DNA from: Octopus sinensis
Taxonomy: Eukaryota
NCBI RefSeq assembly: GCF_006345805.1
Contig: NC_042999.1
Location: forward strand, 55,180,001 to 55,244,000
Reading direction: 5' to 3'
Length of the DNA stretch: 64,000 nucleotides
The notes beneath the pieces are model-generated. The model was not told the DNA's origin and did not search any database. It was given only the letters and a program-made list of their open reading frames with translations. This document shows positions 1 to 11,815 of the stretch, in pieces. Made by a program: the position numbers and the translations under genes. The stretch's first letter is position 1; each line of letters begins with the position of its first letter.

Positions 1-119
1 AGGAGGTGATAAATGGGAGTAGAGGGAAGGGAGGGAGGTGAACAGCAGAATAAATAAACCTGTAAATAGACCAAAAGACAGGGAGATGATGTGGGGGTGG
101 GAGTGGAAGAGAGAGATGT

Positions 120-535
120 GTGCGTGCACGGCTGTGTAGTTAAGAAGTTCGCTTCCACTGTGGTTTGAGTTTCACCCCCACCCCGCTTGATACATTGAGC
201 AAGTATCTTGGTCGACCAAGGTATTTTTTACGAATGGATTTGGTCGACGGAAATTGTATATGCATGAGTGTGTTTATGTCGCTTTGTCGTGACGTTGCGC
301 GTTAATAGTAAACAAATGTCACCGTCATACATACGGTGTCGTTCGTTTGTGATCTTGAGGGAAAATCCTGCCCAGCTATTCTGCTATTCGTGTTCGAAGG
401 ACCAGAGGAATATTTATCTTATTTGGAAACAGGTGAGGGTTGACGTAGAAAATCTGCCTCAACGAATTTCGTCTAATCCATGCAAGCATGGGAAAGAGGA
501 CGTTAAAATGATGAAGTGAATGAAGATAGGATGAT
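120..535 (+). mobile_element. Degenerate SINE: family A-type head with family E (RTE-like) tail
   Basis: Head ggctgtgtagttaagaagttcgcttcc resembles SINE A; ends ccatgcaagcatgggaaagaggacgttaaaatgatga, the reverse complement of the family E ends at 29298 and 52336. Confidence 0.6.
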
Positions 536-1023
536 GATGAATGTACGAATATGTAAGTTTGACTTACCTAGACCATAGATTATGTCAGATGATGATACGT
601 GCTTCTGCCAAATTTTAGTATTAAGGAATTGGTGTATACTGGCACCGATTGCCATTTGGTGTCCGGTAACGAACATTACTCCGACCGCATCGATGAGATC
701 TTGGATGTTCTGTGGCATTGTATCTGCTAAACAGCCCAGTCGCGAACCGAAGAGAACATAACCGACAGCTGAATGATAAAGAATCAGAAACCAGTTTTAA
801 AAAGCTTGAAAATTCGGAATTGGATTGAGAAAATCAGTATTTTAAGTCGAGTTAAATATAAAATTCAGATTTGAACTACTTACATTCTGTGGCCCATTTG
901 TAAAGTTCGTTTTGTAACAAGTCGACTGTATTGTCTTCTTTTCGGATTTTACGTATTCTTGTTAACAAATCTAACGCTACGCTATTTAACTGGTCTGTAT
1001 AACATGTGACTGCTTGAGGCCGC

Positions 1024-1089
1024 ATCAATCGTGGGGCGATAGCACTGCGGTATTTGTACCACTTGTGATCTGCTCTGTCAAAACAAATA
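1024..1089 (+). repeat. Short ~65-bp dispersed repeat (copy 1)
   Basis: atcaatcgtggggcgatagcactgcggtatttgtaccacttgtgatctgctctgtc aligns with 13725-13794. Confidence 0.7.
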
Positions 1090-1359
1090 TATATACTTGA
1101 GATATTGAAGAAGTGTTTCGAAGATAGAATTCTGTTGTAGAATTCCTTTAACGGAAACGGAAGTGTTTTCAGAGTTTAAACTTAATACAAAAAAATGAAT
1201 CTTTCTCACTCTCAATACATGCTGTTAAACATGAACGGAAGTTAACAAACCAAACAACAATTATAATCTAAAATGTAAGAGGGGCAGGCGTGGCTGTGTG
1301 GTCAGTGAAGTTTACTTCCCAGCCAGGTGGTCCAGGATTTATTGGAACAGGTAATTTAT

Positions 1360-1529
1360 TCTTTTACTTCTTTCAGTCATTTGATTGCGGCCATGCTGGA
1401 GCATAGCCTTATTCTTCGTAAAATAGTACTTGTTCTATCGGTCGTCTTTACCGAACCGCTAAGTTACAGGGACGTAAACACACCAACATCGATTGTCAAA
1501 CGATGGCGGGGGGAGAAACACAAACACAC

Positions 1530-1611
<82 letters not shown>

Positions 1612-1835
1612 ATCTATCTATATCTATCTATCTATCTATCTATCTATATATGTATCAAATGAAATAAAATGAAAAACAGGACAGATATAGATAGATAGAT
1701 AGTTTCCGTCTACCAAATCCACTCACAAGGCTTTGGTCAGCCCGGGGCTATAGTAGAAGACACTTGCCCAAGGTGCCACGCAGTGGAGTCATGTGGTTGG
1801 GAAGCGAGCTTCTTACCACACAGCCACTCCTGCGT
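1360..1835 (-). mobile_element. SINE family A with internal (TCTA)n
   Basis: Reverse complement of the 2397-2805 consensus. Confidence 0.85.
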
Positions 1836-2396
1836 TTTGTTTTTTTGTTTCATTTTCTTTCCTTGTAATCCTCCTCATCACTGAACGCCCATCTCCTATA
1901 GTCAGGACAGATTGACGGGATCCTACGGGTGCGAAGATTTGCATTGTGCTCCGATGTTTGTTTGGGCAACATTTCTATGGCCGTGTGCCCCCCTTCCTAA
2001 CTAACGTTACCCACTTAACAGTATGTATTGAGTGCTCTTATCGTGGTATCAACACTAATGGTATGATCATGCAACTCGCAGAACTAAGCCAACCCGCTTC
2101 TGACTGAGTGGGGCCACGGTAGAGAGAAAGGCTACGAGGTGGGAGGCTAAGATATGAGAGAAAAGCCCAGGACACAACTGATCTCTACTCGTAAAAGAGA
2201 AGCTGGGAAGTGACTAGGGTGAAGGTGGAAAGAGAACTAAAATAATGATGATGAAGTGAGAAGAGAGACGCAAAGGATATTAGGTAAGAAGAAACAAGGG
2301 AAAAGAATGTGTGGATGGGTAGAGAAGGAGGGTCAGGGAATGACATGTGTAATATTTTTATTAATTACTCCCCCCCCCACCAAAAGTTATGACTCC

Positions 2397-2805
2397 ACAG
2401 GAGTGGCTGTGTGGTAAGTAGCTTGCTAACCAACCACATGGTTCCGGGTTCAGTCCCACTGCGTGGCATCTTGGGCAAGTGTCTTCTGCTATAGCCTCGG
2501 GCCGACCAAAGCCTTGTGAGTGGATTTGGTAGACGGAAACTGAAAGAAGCCTGTCGTATATATGTATATGTATGTGTGTGTATATGTTTGTGTGTCTGTG
2601 TTTGTCCCTCTAGCATTGCTTGACAACCGATGCTGGTGTGTTTACGTCCCCGTAACTTAGCGGTTCGGCAAAAGAGACTGATAGAATAAGTACTGAGTTT
2701 ACAAAGAATAAGTCCCAGGGTCGATTTGCTCGACTAAAGGCGGTGCTCCAGCATGGCCGCAGTCAAATGACTGAAACAAGTAAAAGAGTAAAATAGTAAA
2801 GAGTA
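2397..2805 (+). mobile_element. SINE family A, full length (tRNA-derived head)
   Basis: A-box-like tggctgtgtggt, B-box-like ggttcagtccc, body cttgggcaagtgtcttct, internal TA/TG tract, tail cagcatggccgcagtcaaatgactgaaacaagtaaaagag; many copies in window. Confidence 0.9.
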
Positions 2806-3046
2806 CTCCAAAATAAAAAAAAGCGCATTCGATAAGGTCAAAATGGTGCGTTGAAAGTGGAAGGATTTGATTGGTTAAAATTACAAAAATTATTTAATCA
2901 TCGAACGTTTGTAACTTTTTTTTATTAGTGATTTCTCAAAAAAAACAAAAAAACAAAACAAAACAAAACAAAAACAGTTGTGACTTTAGTAATTGGCATG
3001 AAAAGTAACATGGGTGTAGAACTGTTTAAAAATATTAGAAGTAGCA

Positions 3047-3279
3047 AACGACGGCGAGCTGGCAGAATCGTTAGCACGTCGGGCGAAATGCTTAGCGGTA
3101 TTTCGGCTGCCGTTACGTTCTGAGTTCAAATTCCGCCGAGGTCGACATTGCCTTTCATTCTTTCGGGATCGATAAATTAAGTACCGGTTACGCATTGGGG
3201 TCGATGTAACCGACTTAAACCCTTTGTCTGTCCTTGTTTGTCCCCGCTATGTTTAGCCCCCTGTGAGCAATAAAGAAAT
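3047..3279 (+). mobile_element. SINE family B monomer with 17-bp target-site duplication
   Basis: Head ggcgagctggcagaatcgttag...gagttcaaattcc; body ttgcctttcattctttcgggatcgataaattaagtacc (resembles the MetaSINE domain, from memory); TSD aaatattagaagtagca at 3030-3046 and 3280-3296. Confidence 0.9.
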
Positions 3280-4049
3280 AAATATTAGAAGTAGCATATC
3301 AAACCGAAAAGATTTGGTCTACGATCCAAGTACAGGAACGTCTGCCGAATAGAACCGACAAGGTTTTGGTCGACATGAAGCTACAAGCAGTGGAAGGAAC
3401 TTGAAACTAAGTAGGTATAAAATAATTTTTTTAGCAACACAACCTGGATGGCGTCTATCGTAGGATGGTCGTGAATCTAAGAAGACAAGATGTCCAAATT
3501 TGCCCTTTTAATTTACTCAGTTTTGGGGGACCTGCAACGCTGACAGGTGTTGTTATTCCACTAAAAGGAGAAAGAATTCTCCAGCTCGTATCTCATATTA
3601 GCTTCTAGATTTTCGGTAATCCAGCATTGAAAATAGATCCAAATTAAATTTAAGAACCTCTGCCAGACTTGTTTAGAACACTGTGTGTGTGTGTGAGGGT
3701 TGGTGGAAAGGCAACTCCCGAGAAAAAACAGTTTAATTAATAAACAAGTGTTGATTATATCCAGCTGAAGAGAAATTTGTTGAGAATTGTATATAGACAC
3801 ACCCTTTGGGAAGAAATTAATAGCGGTGTGTCGATAGCTTTACGGCATCGATGCCTAACAGTCCAGAACTCAAGGAAGGGAAAAAAAACAAAAACAAAAA
3901 ACAAAAAAGAAAACTTCGTTCGTTGAAATTTTATTTCCATTTATTCATGATAACACTAAGGTACAAAAATATATTTATACACACACGTGTGTGTATATAT
4001 ATATATATACATATATATTTATACACACACGTGTATATATATATATATA

Positions 4050-4145
4050 TATTTCCTTCTTTCCTGAGCGTCCAATAATACTATATTTGTTCCACGTCCT
4101 CGCGTTGCTGTGTTTTTCTGTTTCTTGTTGATTTTTTTATTGATT
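4050..4145 (+). mobile_element. Penelope-like terminal fragment in TA tract
   Basis: Matches the reverse complement of 24605-24680, which adjoins a degenerate hammerhead motif. Confidence 0.5.
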
Positions 4146-4163
4146 ATATATATACTATTATAT

Positions 4164-4206
<43 letters not shown>

Positions 4207-4364
4207 CATTCAGAGAAATCAGTGATCCGATTAAATCTCAGATCATCAGCGCTACTCAACAGTAGAATATTTGGGATGCACACACACACACGTAATAGAA
4301 AATTACCATTATAATAATAATAATAATAAAATCATAATAATAATAATAATAATAATAATGATAA

Positions 4365-4578
4365 TTTCAAATTTTGCCTCAAGGGCAGCCATTTTGGAAG
4401 AGGGGATAAGTCGATTACATCGACCCTAGTGTTTCATTGGTACTAAATTAATCGACCCCGAAAGGATGAAAGGTAAAGTGGAGCTCGGCGGAATTTGAAC
4501 TCAGAACGTTAGCGGCAGACGAAATGCCGCTAAGCATTTCGCCCGGCGTGCTAACGATTCTGCCAGCTCGCTACCTTA
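4365..4578 (-). mobile_element. SINE family B (tail variant 2) within (AAT)n
   Basis: Reverse-complement match to SINE B head and body. Confidence 0.85.
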
Positions 4579-4620
4579 ATCATAATAATAATGATAATGA
4601 CGATGATGATGATGATGATG

Positions 4621-4658
<38 letters not shown>

Positions 4659-5077
4659 GCTAATAATAATAATAATTCTTACTTACGCCGTCATTAAACC
4701 CGTTTCTTTCTTTCTTAATTCTTTATAAAGCACCCAGCTCTGATACGGTGGCCGATTCGGATGTTTTCCCTCGTTTCGCATGAATTCTTCCACTAAGTCT
4801 GGGTCTGCGAGGCCTACGTTGATATGCGGGCCAAAGTTTAACCTGAACATCCGGCCGTATTTTTCGTGGAATTTTAACTTTTGACAAAAAAAAAAAAGAA
4901 GAAGAAAAAGAAAAATATAAATAAGTGAACTTGACTTGAGTCGAGTGACTAAAGAAAACAGTGTATGGCTATAATTCGATCCCTCATTCTATAAGGTGAC
5001 CCACGCTTCAATAGCAAACAGGTTGTACCGTTCATATACATGGTGGGAACATATACATACATACATACATACATACA

Positions 5078-5110
<33 letters not shown>

Positions 5111-5118
5111 GTATGTAT

Positions 5119-5396
5119 ATCACCGTGACCGACCAGGCTATCAGATGTTGCTACAAATCGCTGGTCACAATGCGCTTCGCATTGTTTTAGCCTTCAAATG
5201 ACGCCATCCCGCTGGCTAAGCAAGCAGGCCAACAAGAAACAGTGAGAGAAAGTTGTGGCGAAAGAGTACGGCAGGGATCGCCACCACCCCCTGCCGGAGC
5301 CTTAGGTGTTTTCGTTCAATAAACACTCACATCGCCTGGTCTGGGAATCGAAACCGCGTGTCCGCTGCCCTAACCACTGGGCCATTGCGCCTCCAC
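5119..5396 (-). mobile_element. SINE family C, alternative 3' tail
   Basis: Head gtggaggcgcaatggcccagtggttagggcagcgga shared with 5805-6191, different tail that recurs at 14336-14447. Confidence 0.85.
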
Positions 5397-5417
5397 ATAC
5401 ACACACACACACACACA

Positions 5418-5456
<39 letters not shown>

Positions 5457-5804
5457 ATTTAAATAATAATAAAAGGGTAAAATTAATTAATTAATTAATT
5501 AATTAATCAATTAATTAATTAATATTTTTACCAAATAGTTCGGTACGTTAAAATAACCTTCTAAGATAAAACAATACAAATATTCTATAATTATAAACAT
5601 AATTATAATCAGGGGTCTGCTAATTCGATGCTGCGTGGCGAGGCAATTAGCTGACCCATGATTATAATTATGTTTTTAATTATAAAATTGAGCCCTAAAG
5701 CTTCATCAAGTTGTTTGATTCTTACCACTATGGACTCTCTAATGAAGCTCTGGGGCTCAGTTTATTTTCCAACTTCTGTTCATGCTGGACTCCCAAAGTT
5801 CTTT

Positions 5805-6191
5805 TGGAAGCACTCCGTCGGTTACGACGACGAGGGTTCCGGTTGATTCGAATCAACGGAACAGCCTGCTCGTGAAATTAACGTGTAAGTGGCTGAGCAC
5901 TCCACAGACACGTGTACCCTTAACGTAGTTCTCGGGGAGTTTCAGCGTGACACAGAGAGTGACAAGGCCGGTTCTTTGAAATACAGGTACAACAGAAACA
6001 GGAAGTAAGAGTGAGGGAAAGTTGTGGTGAAAGAGTACAGCAGGGATCACCACCATCCCCTGCCGGAGCCTCGTGGAGCTTTTTAAGTGTTTTCGCTCAA
6101 TAAACACTCACAACGCCCGGTCTGGGAATCGAAACCGCGATCCTATGACCGCGAGTCCGCTGCCCTAACCACTGGGCCATTGCGCCTCCAC
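5805..6191 (-). mobile_element. SINE family C, full length
   Basis: tRNA-like head (tggcccagtggttag; ggtttcgattccc), tail gaaccctcgtcgtcgtaaccgacggagtgcttcca; caaagt on both sides (likely TSD). Confidence 0.9.
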
Positions 6192-6383
6192 ACAAAGTAG
6201 AAACAGCTGTAAGAGTAAAATTCTCTTCTCTCTTTTATTCTTATTTATTTGTTTATTTATCCAAATGATTGTAATTAATAAATAGATCAAACTGATGTTT
6301 GCCGATTAGTTATCTTCTCCAGATTCTTCTTTGCTTTATATATGAGTTCATTGTTTAAACCTCGCCAAGATAAATATTTTAAC

Positions 6384-6447
6384 CACCTGATGAATGACTA
6401 TAACTCGAAAATTTAAAGAAATTAACAGCCATGAAACGATCGTAGTG
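6384..6447 (+). ncRNA. Minimal type I hammerhead ribozyme motif
   Basis: cac-CTGATGA-atgact...agccat-GAAA-cgatcg-TA-gtg; palindromic ACGATCGT at stem III. Confidence 0.75.
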
Positions 6448-6655
6448 TTATATTAATTATATTTTTTTTATAATTTTGTTATATATTTAAATAATATAAA
6501 TTAAATAATCTTATGTATTGGCTTAAGTTTCTCATTGTATGATTTGCCTAATAGTGGTTTTGTCTCTAATTTAATATAATATAATATTTTACTATAAAAT
6601 TGGATTCAATCCTAAATCTGATTTTTCCTGTAAGTTTGGATTTATTCCTAATATT

Positions 6656-6810
<155 letters not shown>

Positions 6811-6833
6811 ATATATTATATATATATATATAG

Positions 6834-7075
6834 ACCTTCGAAACGCATAGTAGATGAAACCATGGCGATTGAAGAAGGAGAATTTTCCTTGTGTTATTTG
6901 TCCTGTACTCTATTTTTTCATCGTTTAAGAAAAATGTCCAGTTCCTTGGTTTTGTGCTTATGTTTTCGTTTCTCATTGTGTTCGACGTTTTTTTTTGTGT
7001 CCTGTACCCATATATGCATATATATATACATGTTGAGGTAGGTGCGTACATATATGTATATATATATGCATATGT
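6834..7075 (+). mobile_element. Probable Penelope-like terminal fragment
   Basis: TA-flanked, T-rich, begins with hammerhead-like 3' half cgaaacgcatagta. Confidence 0.4.
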
Positions 7076-7169
7076 TTTATTTATTAATTTATATATATAT
7101 GAATATATATATATAGGTCTCGTAAAACAAATCTTTTTCATTTTATTTCCTTCTTTGTATATATTTTTT

Positions 7170-7550
7170 CTTCTTTTACTTGTTTCAGTCATTTGACTGC
7201 GGCCATGCTGGAGCACCGCCTTTAGTCGAAGATATCAACCCCCGAGACTTATTCTATCGGTCTATTTTGCCGAAACGCTAAATTACAGGAACATAAATAC
7301 ACCAAATATAACATAAATATTGTCAAGCAATAGTTGGGGTGGGGGACAGACACAGACACACAAGCATATACACACACACATCCATATATATATGTCGGGC
7401 GTCTTTCAATTTCCATCTACGAAATTCACTCACAAGGTTTTGGTCGGCTCGAGGCTACAGTAGAAGACGTTTGCCCAAGGTACCACGCAGTGGAAATGAA
7501 CCCGGAACCATGTAGTTGGGAAGCAAGCTTCTTACCACACAGCTACGCCT
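7170..7550 (-). mobile_element. SINE family A
   Basis: Reverse-complement match to consensus. Confidence 0.85.
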
Positions 7551-8429
7551 AGGTATAGGCGAACGATTTCAGTAAGTCGCCCTGTTTTTTACCAGGTTTC
7601 GTATCTCACTGAAAATACCGTAGTACACCTGATTATAGCCCTTTAAATGTTCTGCTCAAGTTTCTTCACTTCTAAGCGGGGAATGAAACGCATTGGAAAA
7701 AAGATGGCTTAGAACGACGTCTTAAAATGAATCACAACAATAACAACTCGCGCGTGCTTTATAATTGGTACAAGATAAGGCTTATCATGTTCTGCTGAGA
7801 AATACTATGGTATAACCAAAAGGGAAATAATCTCAACTGACCGTCATGAAAACAAATTGAGTTAGCAAATTACAACAACGAAATAAAGAAGCTCCATGAT
7901 TATTTGGGCATAAACAGCTTAAATGAACGGAATACCATCTTGCAGCACTGAACATAAGATTGACTTCGTCTGTTTGGACAAAAGAACCTTTTTTCATACT
8001 GCTACTTGCAATCAAACATAGTTATATGAAAATTCTCTGTGTACACACAAACACACACATTGTCAGGTGCTATGATATACCTGAAACCTATGGTAACTTT
8101 CAGACCGTCCATAACCAACCATATACTACTACTTTATATATTATGCATGTATATGCTTCTATGTTTTAATTATTATAACTCTCCTGCTAAGCGCTTTGTC
8201 CGATGCACCAACGATTCTGATAATAAAGTAGTGAATCGGCCGAAATGTTATGTCCTTGTAGTTTAGTTATGTACGATGACCTGCTGCCTTAATCAGAACC
8301 TGTAATTATGAATTTTTGGTGTGTCACTTTTTAAATATAACGATATATAAAAACACACCACTGGAACAAAATAGTCACGTGAAAAACAAACCAAAAAAAC
8401 CCAACAATGCAAGAAAATTTTGTTTTCAA

Positions 8430-8850
8430 AATTCGGTACAAGGCCAGCAATATCAGGGGTAAAGTCGATTCCATCGACCCCTGTACTCAGCTGATACTTA
8501 TCTTATGGACCCTGAAAAGATGAAAAGCAAAGTCAACTCAGCGAATTTGAACTCGGAACGTAAAGACAAACAAAATACTGCTAAGCATTGTGTCCGACGC
8601 GTTAACAGTTTGTCAGTTCGCCGCCTTCACAATAAAAGACAATATTCTTTTCTACACTAGGCACAAGGCCCGAACTTTTTGGGGAGGGTGCCAGTTGATT
8701 ACACCACCCTCAGTACGCAACTGGTACTTAATTTATCGACCCCGAAAGGTAAAGTTGACATCGGCGGAATTAGAGCTCAGAACGTAAAGACAGACGAAAT
8801 ATCGATAAGCATTTCGCCCGGCGTCCTAACGTTTCTGCCAGTTTGCTGCT
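8430..8850 (-). mobile_element. Two adjacent SINE B copies
   Basis: Copies at about 8430-8628 and 8648-8850, both followed by ataaaagacaatat. Confidence 0.8.
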
Positions 8851-8879
8851 TTACCATAAAAGACAATATAAAAAATCTT

Positions 8880-9262
8880 TTATCTTTTACTCGTTCAAGT
8901 CGTTGGACTATGGCCATGCTGTAGAAACACCTTCAAAGGGTCGAACAGATTGACTCGGGTATATATTTATATTTTAAGTCGGATTTTAACGGTCTCTGTA
9001 GTTATGGGGATTCTAACGGTCTCTATAGCGAAGGTATGGGGTCGTAAACAAACCAACTTCGGTTGTCAAGCGGTGGTGGGGGACAAACACATACGATTAA
9101 ACACACACACATGCATGTATTTATGTATATGTATATATACACACACACCAAATTCACTTACAAGGTATTGGTTGCCCCGGGGCTTTAGTAGAAGACACTT
9201 GCTAACAATACCACAGAGTGGAACTGAACTCGGTGTCACATGGCTTAACCACACAGTCGTAC
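8880..9262 (-). mobile_element. Degenerate SINE family A
   Basis: Diverged reverse-complement match. Confidence 0.7.
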
Positions 9263-9289
9263 CTATATTTAATAGGTGTACTTAAATAT

Positions 9290-9590
9290 TTAAGATGGCC
9301 TGGATCCCCAAAAGCTAAATATTGAATGGGGGTCTCCTTTTAACAAGCCAGGGTCTTTACACACCATAGTCTCTCCGCAATAAGCTTTTTATTGCAAATT
9401 AAACATGCGAGGGTATAGGACTACAAAAGAATATATTAAACTTTACAAGACTTCAAAAAACTTCATAAGAGGTGTTGAAAGTGTCATCCTTCATTTTCAG
9501 TATATAAGTTGACTCGTCTACACATGTTTGACTGTTGGAGAGTCAGGATGAAAGAAATTCACTGCGGAGAGTATTTTTGAATACCCTGTA
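9290..9590 (-). mobile_element. Possible Tc1/mariner left-end remnant
   Basis: Ends gaataccctgta (reverse complement TA-CAGGGTATTC, a Tc1/mariner-style terminus); no partner TIR found. Confidence 0.3.
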
Positions 9591-9744
9591 TTTTCACTGA
9601 AGTCACTAATTTTTAAGTGCAAATCCTGCAAGCACTTAAGTGAGGACAGTTTCTTTGATGAGCAATTTGCTATTATTTGAAGACATTTGATGATGATGGT
9701 GATGATGATGATGATTCAGTGAGAGCAGGGGGTAGAGAGGGAGT

Positions 9745-9793
<49 letters not shown>

Positions 9794-10374
9794 TGTGTGT
9801 GTGTGTGGGGCCTTACCGAGAAGACCCTTTCGCTAATTAGTCATTTAGCAGTCGTCGTAGCAGTTTGTGGAGTAACAAGAGCTGGTCGAAAGCATTTTAG
9901 TCGCTGCTTCGTTAGTGAGTTCACCTATAATTTCAGAGGCCCGTATATCGTAATTAAGTCACGCGGTTTGTTGAAAAATAAAAAAAATAAAAATAAAAAT
10001 ATAAAGGAGTAAGACAACAACAACAACAAAAAAAAAGGCAAGAGAACATACATATAAGAATAAAAATAAAAAAAAAACGAACTTTCTTGGTCTTATCAAT
10101 ATAGAAGTGGCAAAGAAGTTTCACTGGGAAGTTGATTAATTAACGGCCAAATATATCTTAATGTTAGTTCGGACAGATGTGTGTGTGTGGTGTGTGTGTG
10201 TGTGTGTGTGTATGCGTGCGTATGTGTGTGTGTTGTGACAGTTACTAGAACATCTATTTCTAGTTTTCACTCGCAGTGGCAGGTCGTTATTCCTCACTCT
10301 ATTTTAGGCCATAAATATTGGTCGGCTGGGTTATCACGAGGTTATCTTTTACAGCTTTGAACAGATTATTTATC

Positions 10375-10420
<46 letters not shown>

Positions 10421-10714
10421 TACTTAATGAACCTATTCTACCTTGTGTTTTGGGAGGGTCATTACGTGATGACGATAATAACACACGCACTGGTTTAATA
10501 TCACATCTTTATTGTTAGTCAGTTGGTTAAATATCTTACTGAATAACTAACTAATCGATCGTTTGTTTAATGTGTTGGTTAAGCAATTAATCAGTTATTT
10601 GTTTGTTTCAGAAACTCGGAAGAGACCTTGCGGAGAAAGGGCAAGTCAATGAGAAGGTCGTGAATAACGACCAAAGTACTTTGCCTAACAAACAACATTT
10701 TATCTATCTGTCTG

Positions 10715-10792
<78 letters not shown>

Positions 10793-10793
10793 C

Positions 10794-11233
10794 AGGATCT
10801 TTTCGCTTTGTCCGGCAGTTTTTTAAAATAATTTCCATGTAACTAAACACTTTTAAACTTCGTATACTGGTAGAATGTGTTTATAAAACATTTTTTTCTC
10901 TTGGCTTTCTTGAGAACATTCTGTAGTTTGTAAGATATTTTCTTTAATTTCTGTAATTTCAACCAATCAATGACGTCAATTGAGGCGAAATCATTCTCTC
11001 CGTAAACATTTTCTGGCGGTGATATAGGGAATTGTCCCTAGTTTAAGAAACAGATTGGGTTTATTTACATTTCTGAAGAAAAAAAAGATACCCCTCCCCC
11101 ACCCCTAACCCTAACTCTAACCCTAACCCTAAAACAGATTGAAATGCAATAGATCGATACTAGGGTCATAATTATGGGTGACAATTTCACATGACACCGC
11201 TAGAAAAACTGCCGGTCAAAGCGAAAAGATCCT
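10794..11233. mobile_element. MITE with ~30-bp TIRs and internal telomere-type repeats
   Basis: aggatcttttcgctttgtccggcagttttt ... aaaaactgccggtcaaagcgaaaagatcct; five CCCTAA-type units at 11103-11132. Confidence 0.85.
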
Positions 11234-11346
11234 CTATGTATGTATGTATCTGTATGTATGTATGTATGTATGTATGTATGTATCTATCTGTATGTATGTA
11301 TGTATACATGTATCTATATTTATTTTGCACGAGTGGCTGTGATAGA

Positions 11347-11520
11347 CACAGGAGTGACTGTATGGTAAGTAGTTTGCTTACCAGCCACATGGTTACGGGT
11401 TCAGTCCTACTGCGTGGCACCTTGGTCAAGTGTCTTCTACTATACCCTTGGACCGACTAATGCCTTGGTGAGTGGATTTGGTAGACGGAAACTGAAAGAA
11501 GCTCGTCGTATATGTATGTA
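11347..11520 (+). mobile_element. SINE family A 5' half
   Basis: Match to consensus head and body. Confidence 0.8.
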
Positions 11521-11815
11521 TATGTTTGTCTATGACAGTGACGCTTGCTTTTAACCATCATTCGAATTCACGACAAAGTAGCTGTAGCACACACACACAC
11601 ACACCACACACACACACGCACTGTTTCGTTTACGCATAGTGTTGTTAATAACCAGGTGTTATAGCTTAGTATACGTATGCTTTAGAACAAAGCGTCGGTC
11701 GAGTACAGAGCAGTAAAAAAAAATTTAAATGCCATAGGAACAAGAAATTAAGTCATGCACTTCATTAGCTTACAGCTATTTCTGCTATAAGATGCAATGT
11801 ACTCACAGTTATATA

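Noticed and set aside
10638-10686. Further hammerhead-like strings (also 4204-4251, 27110-27160, 31700-31735, 57090-57150)
   Set aside because: Core or stems too degenerate to call without a covariance model
11103-11132. Telomere or chromosome fusion scar
   Set aside because: Only five units, inside a TIR-bounded element
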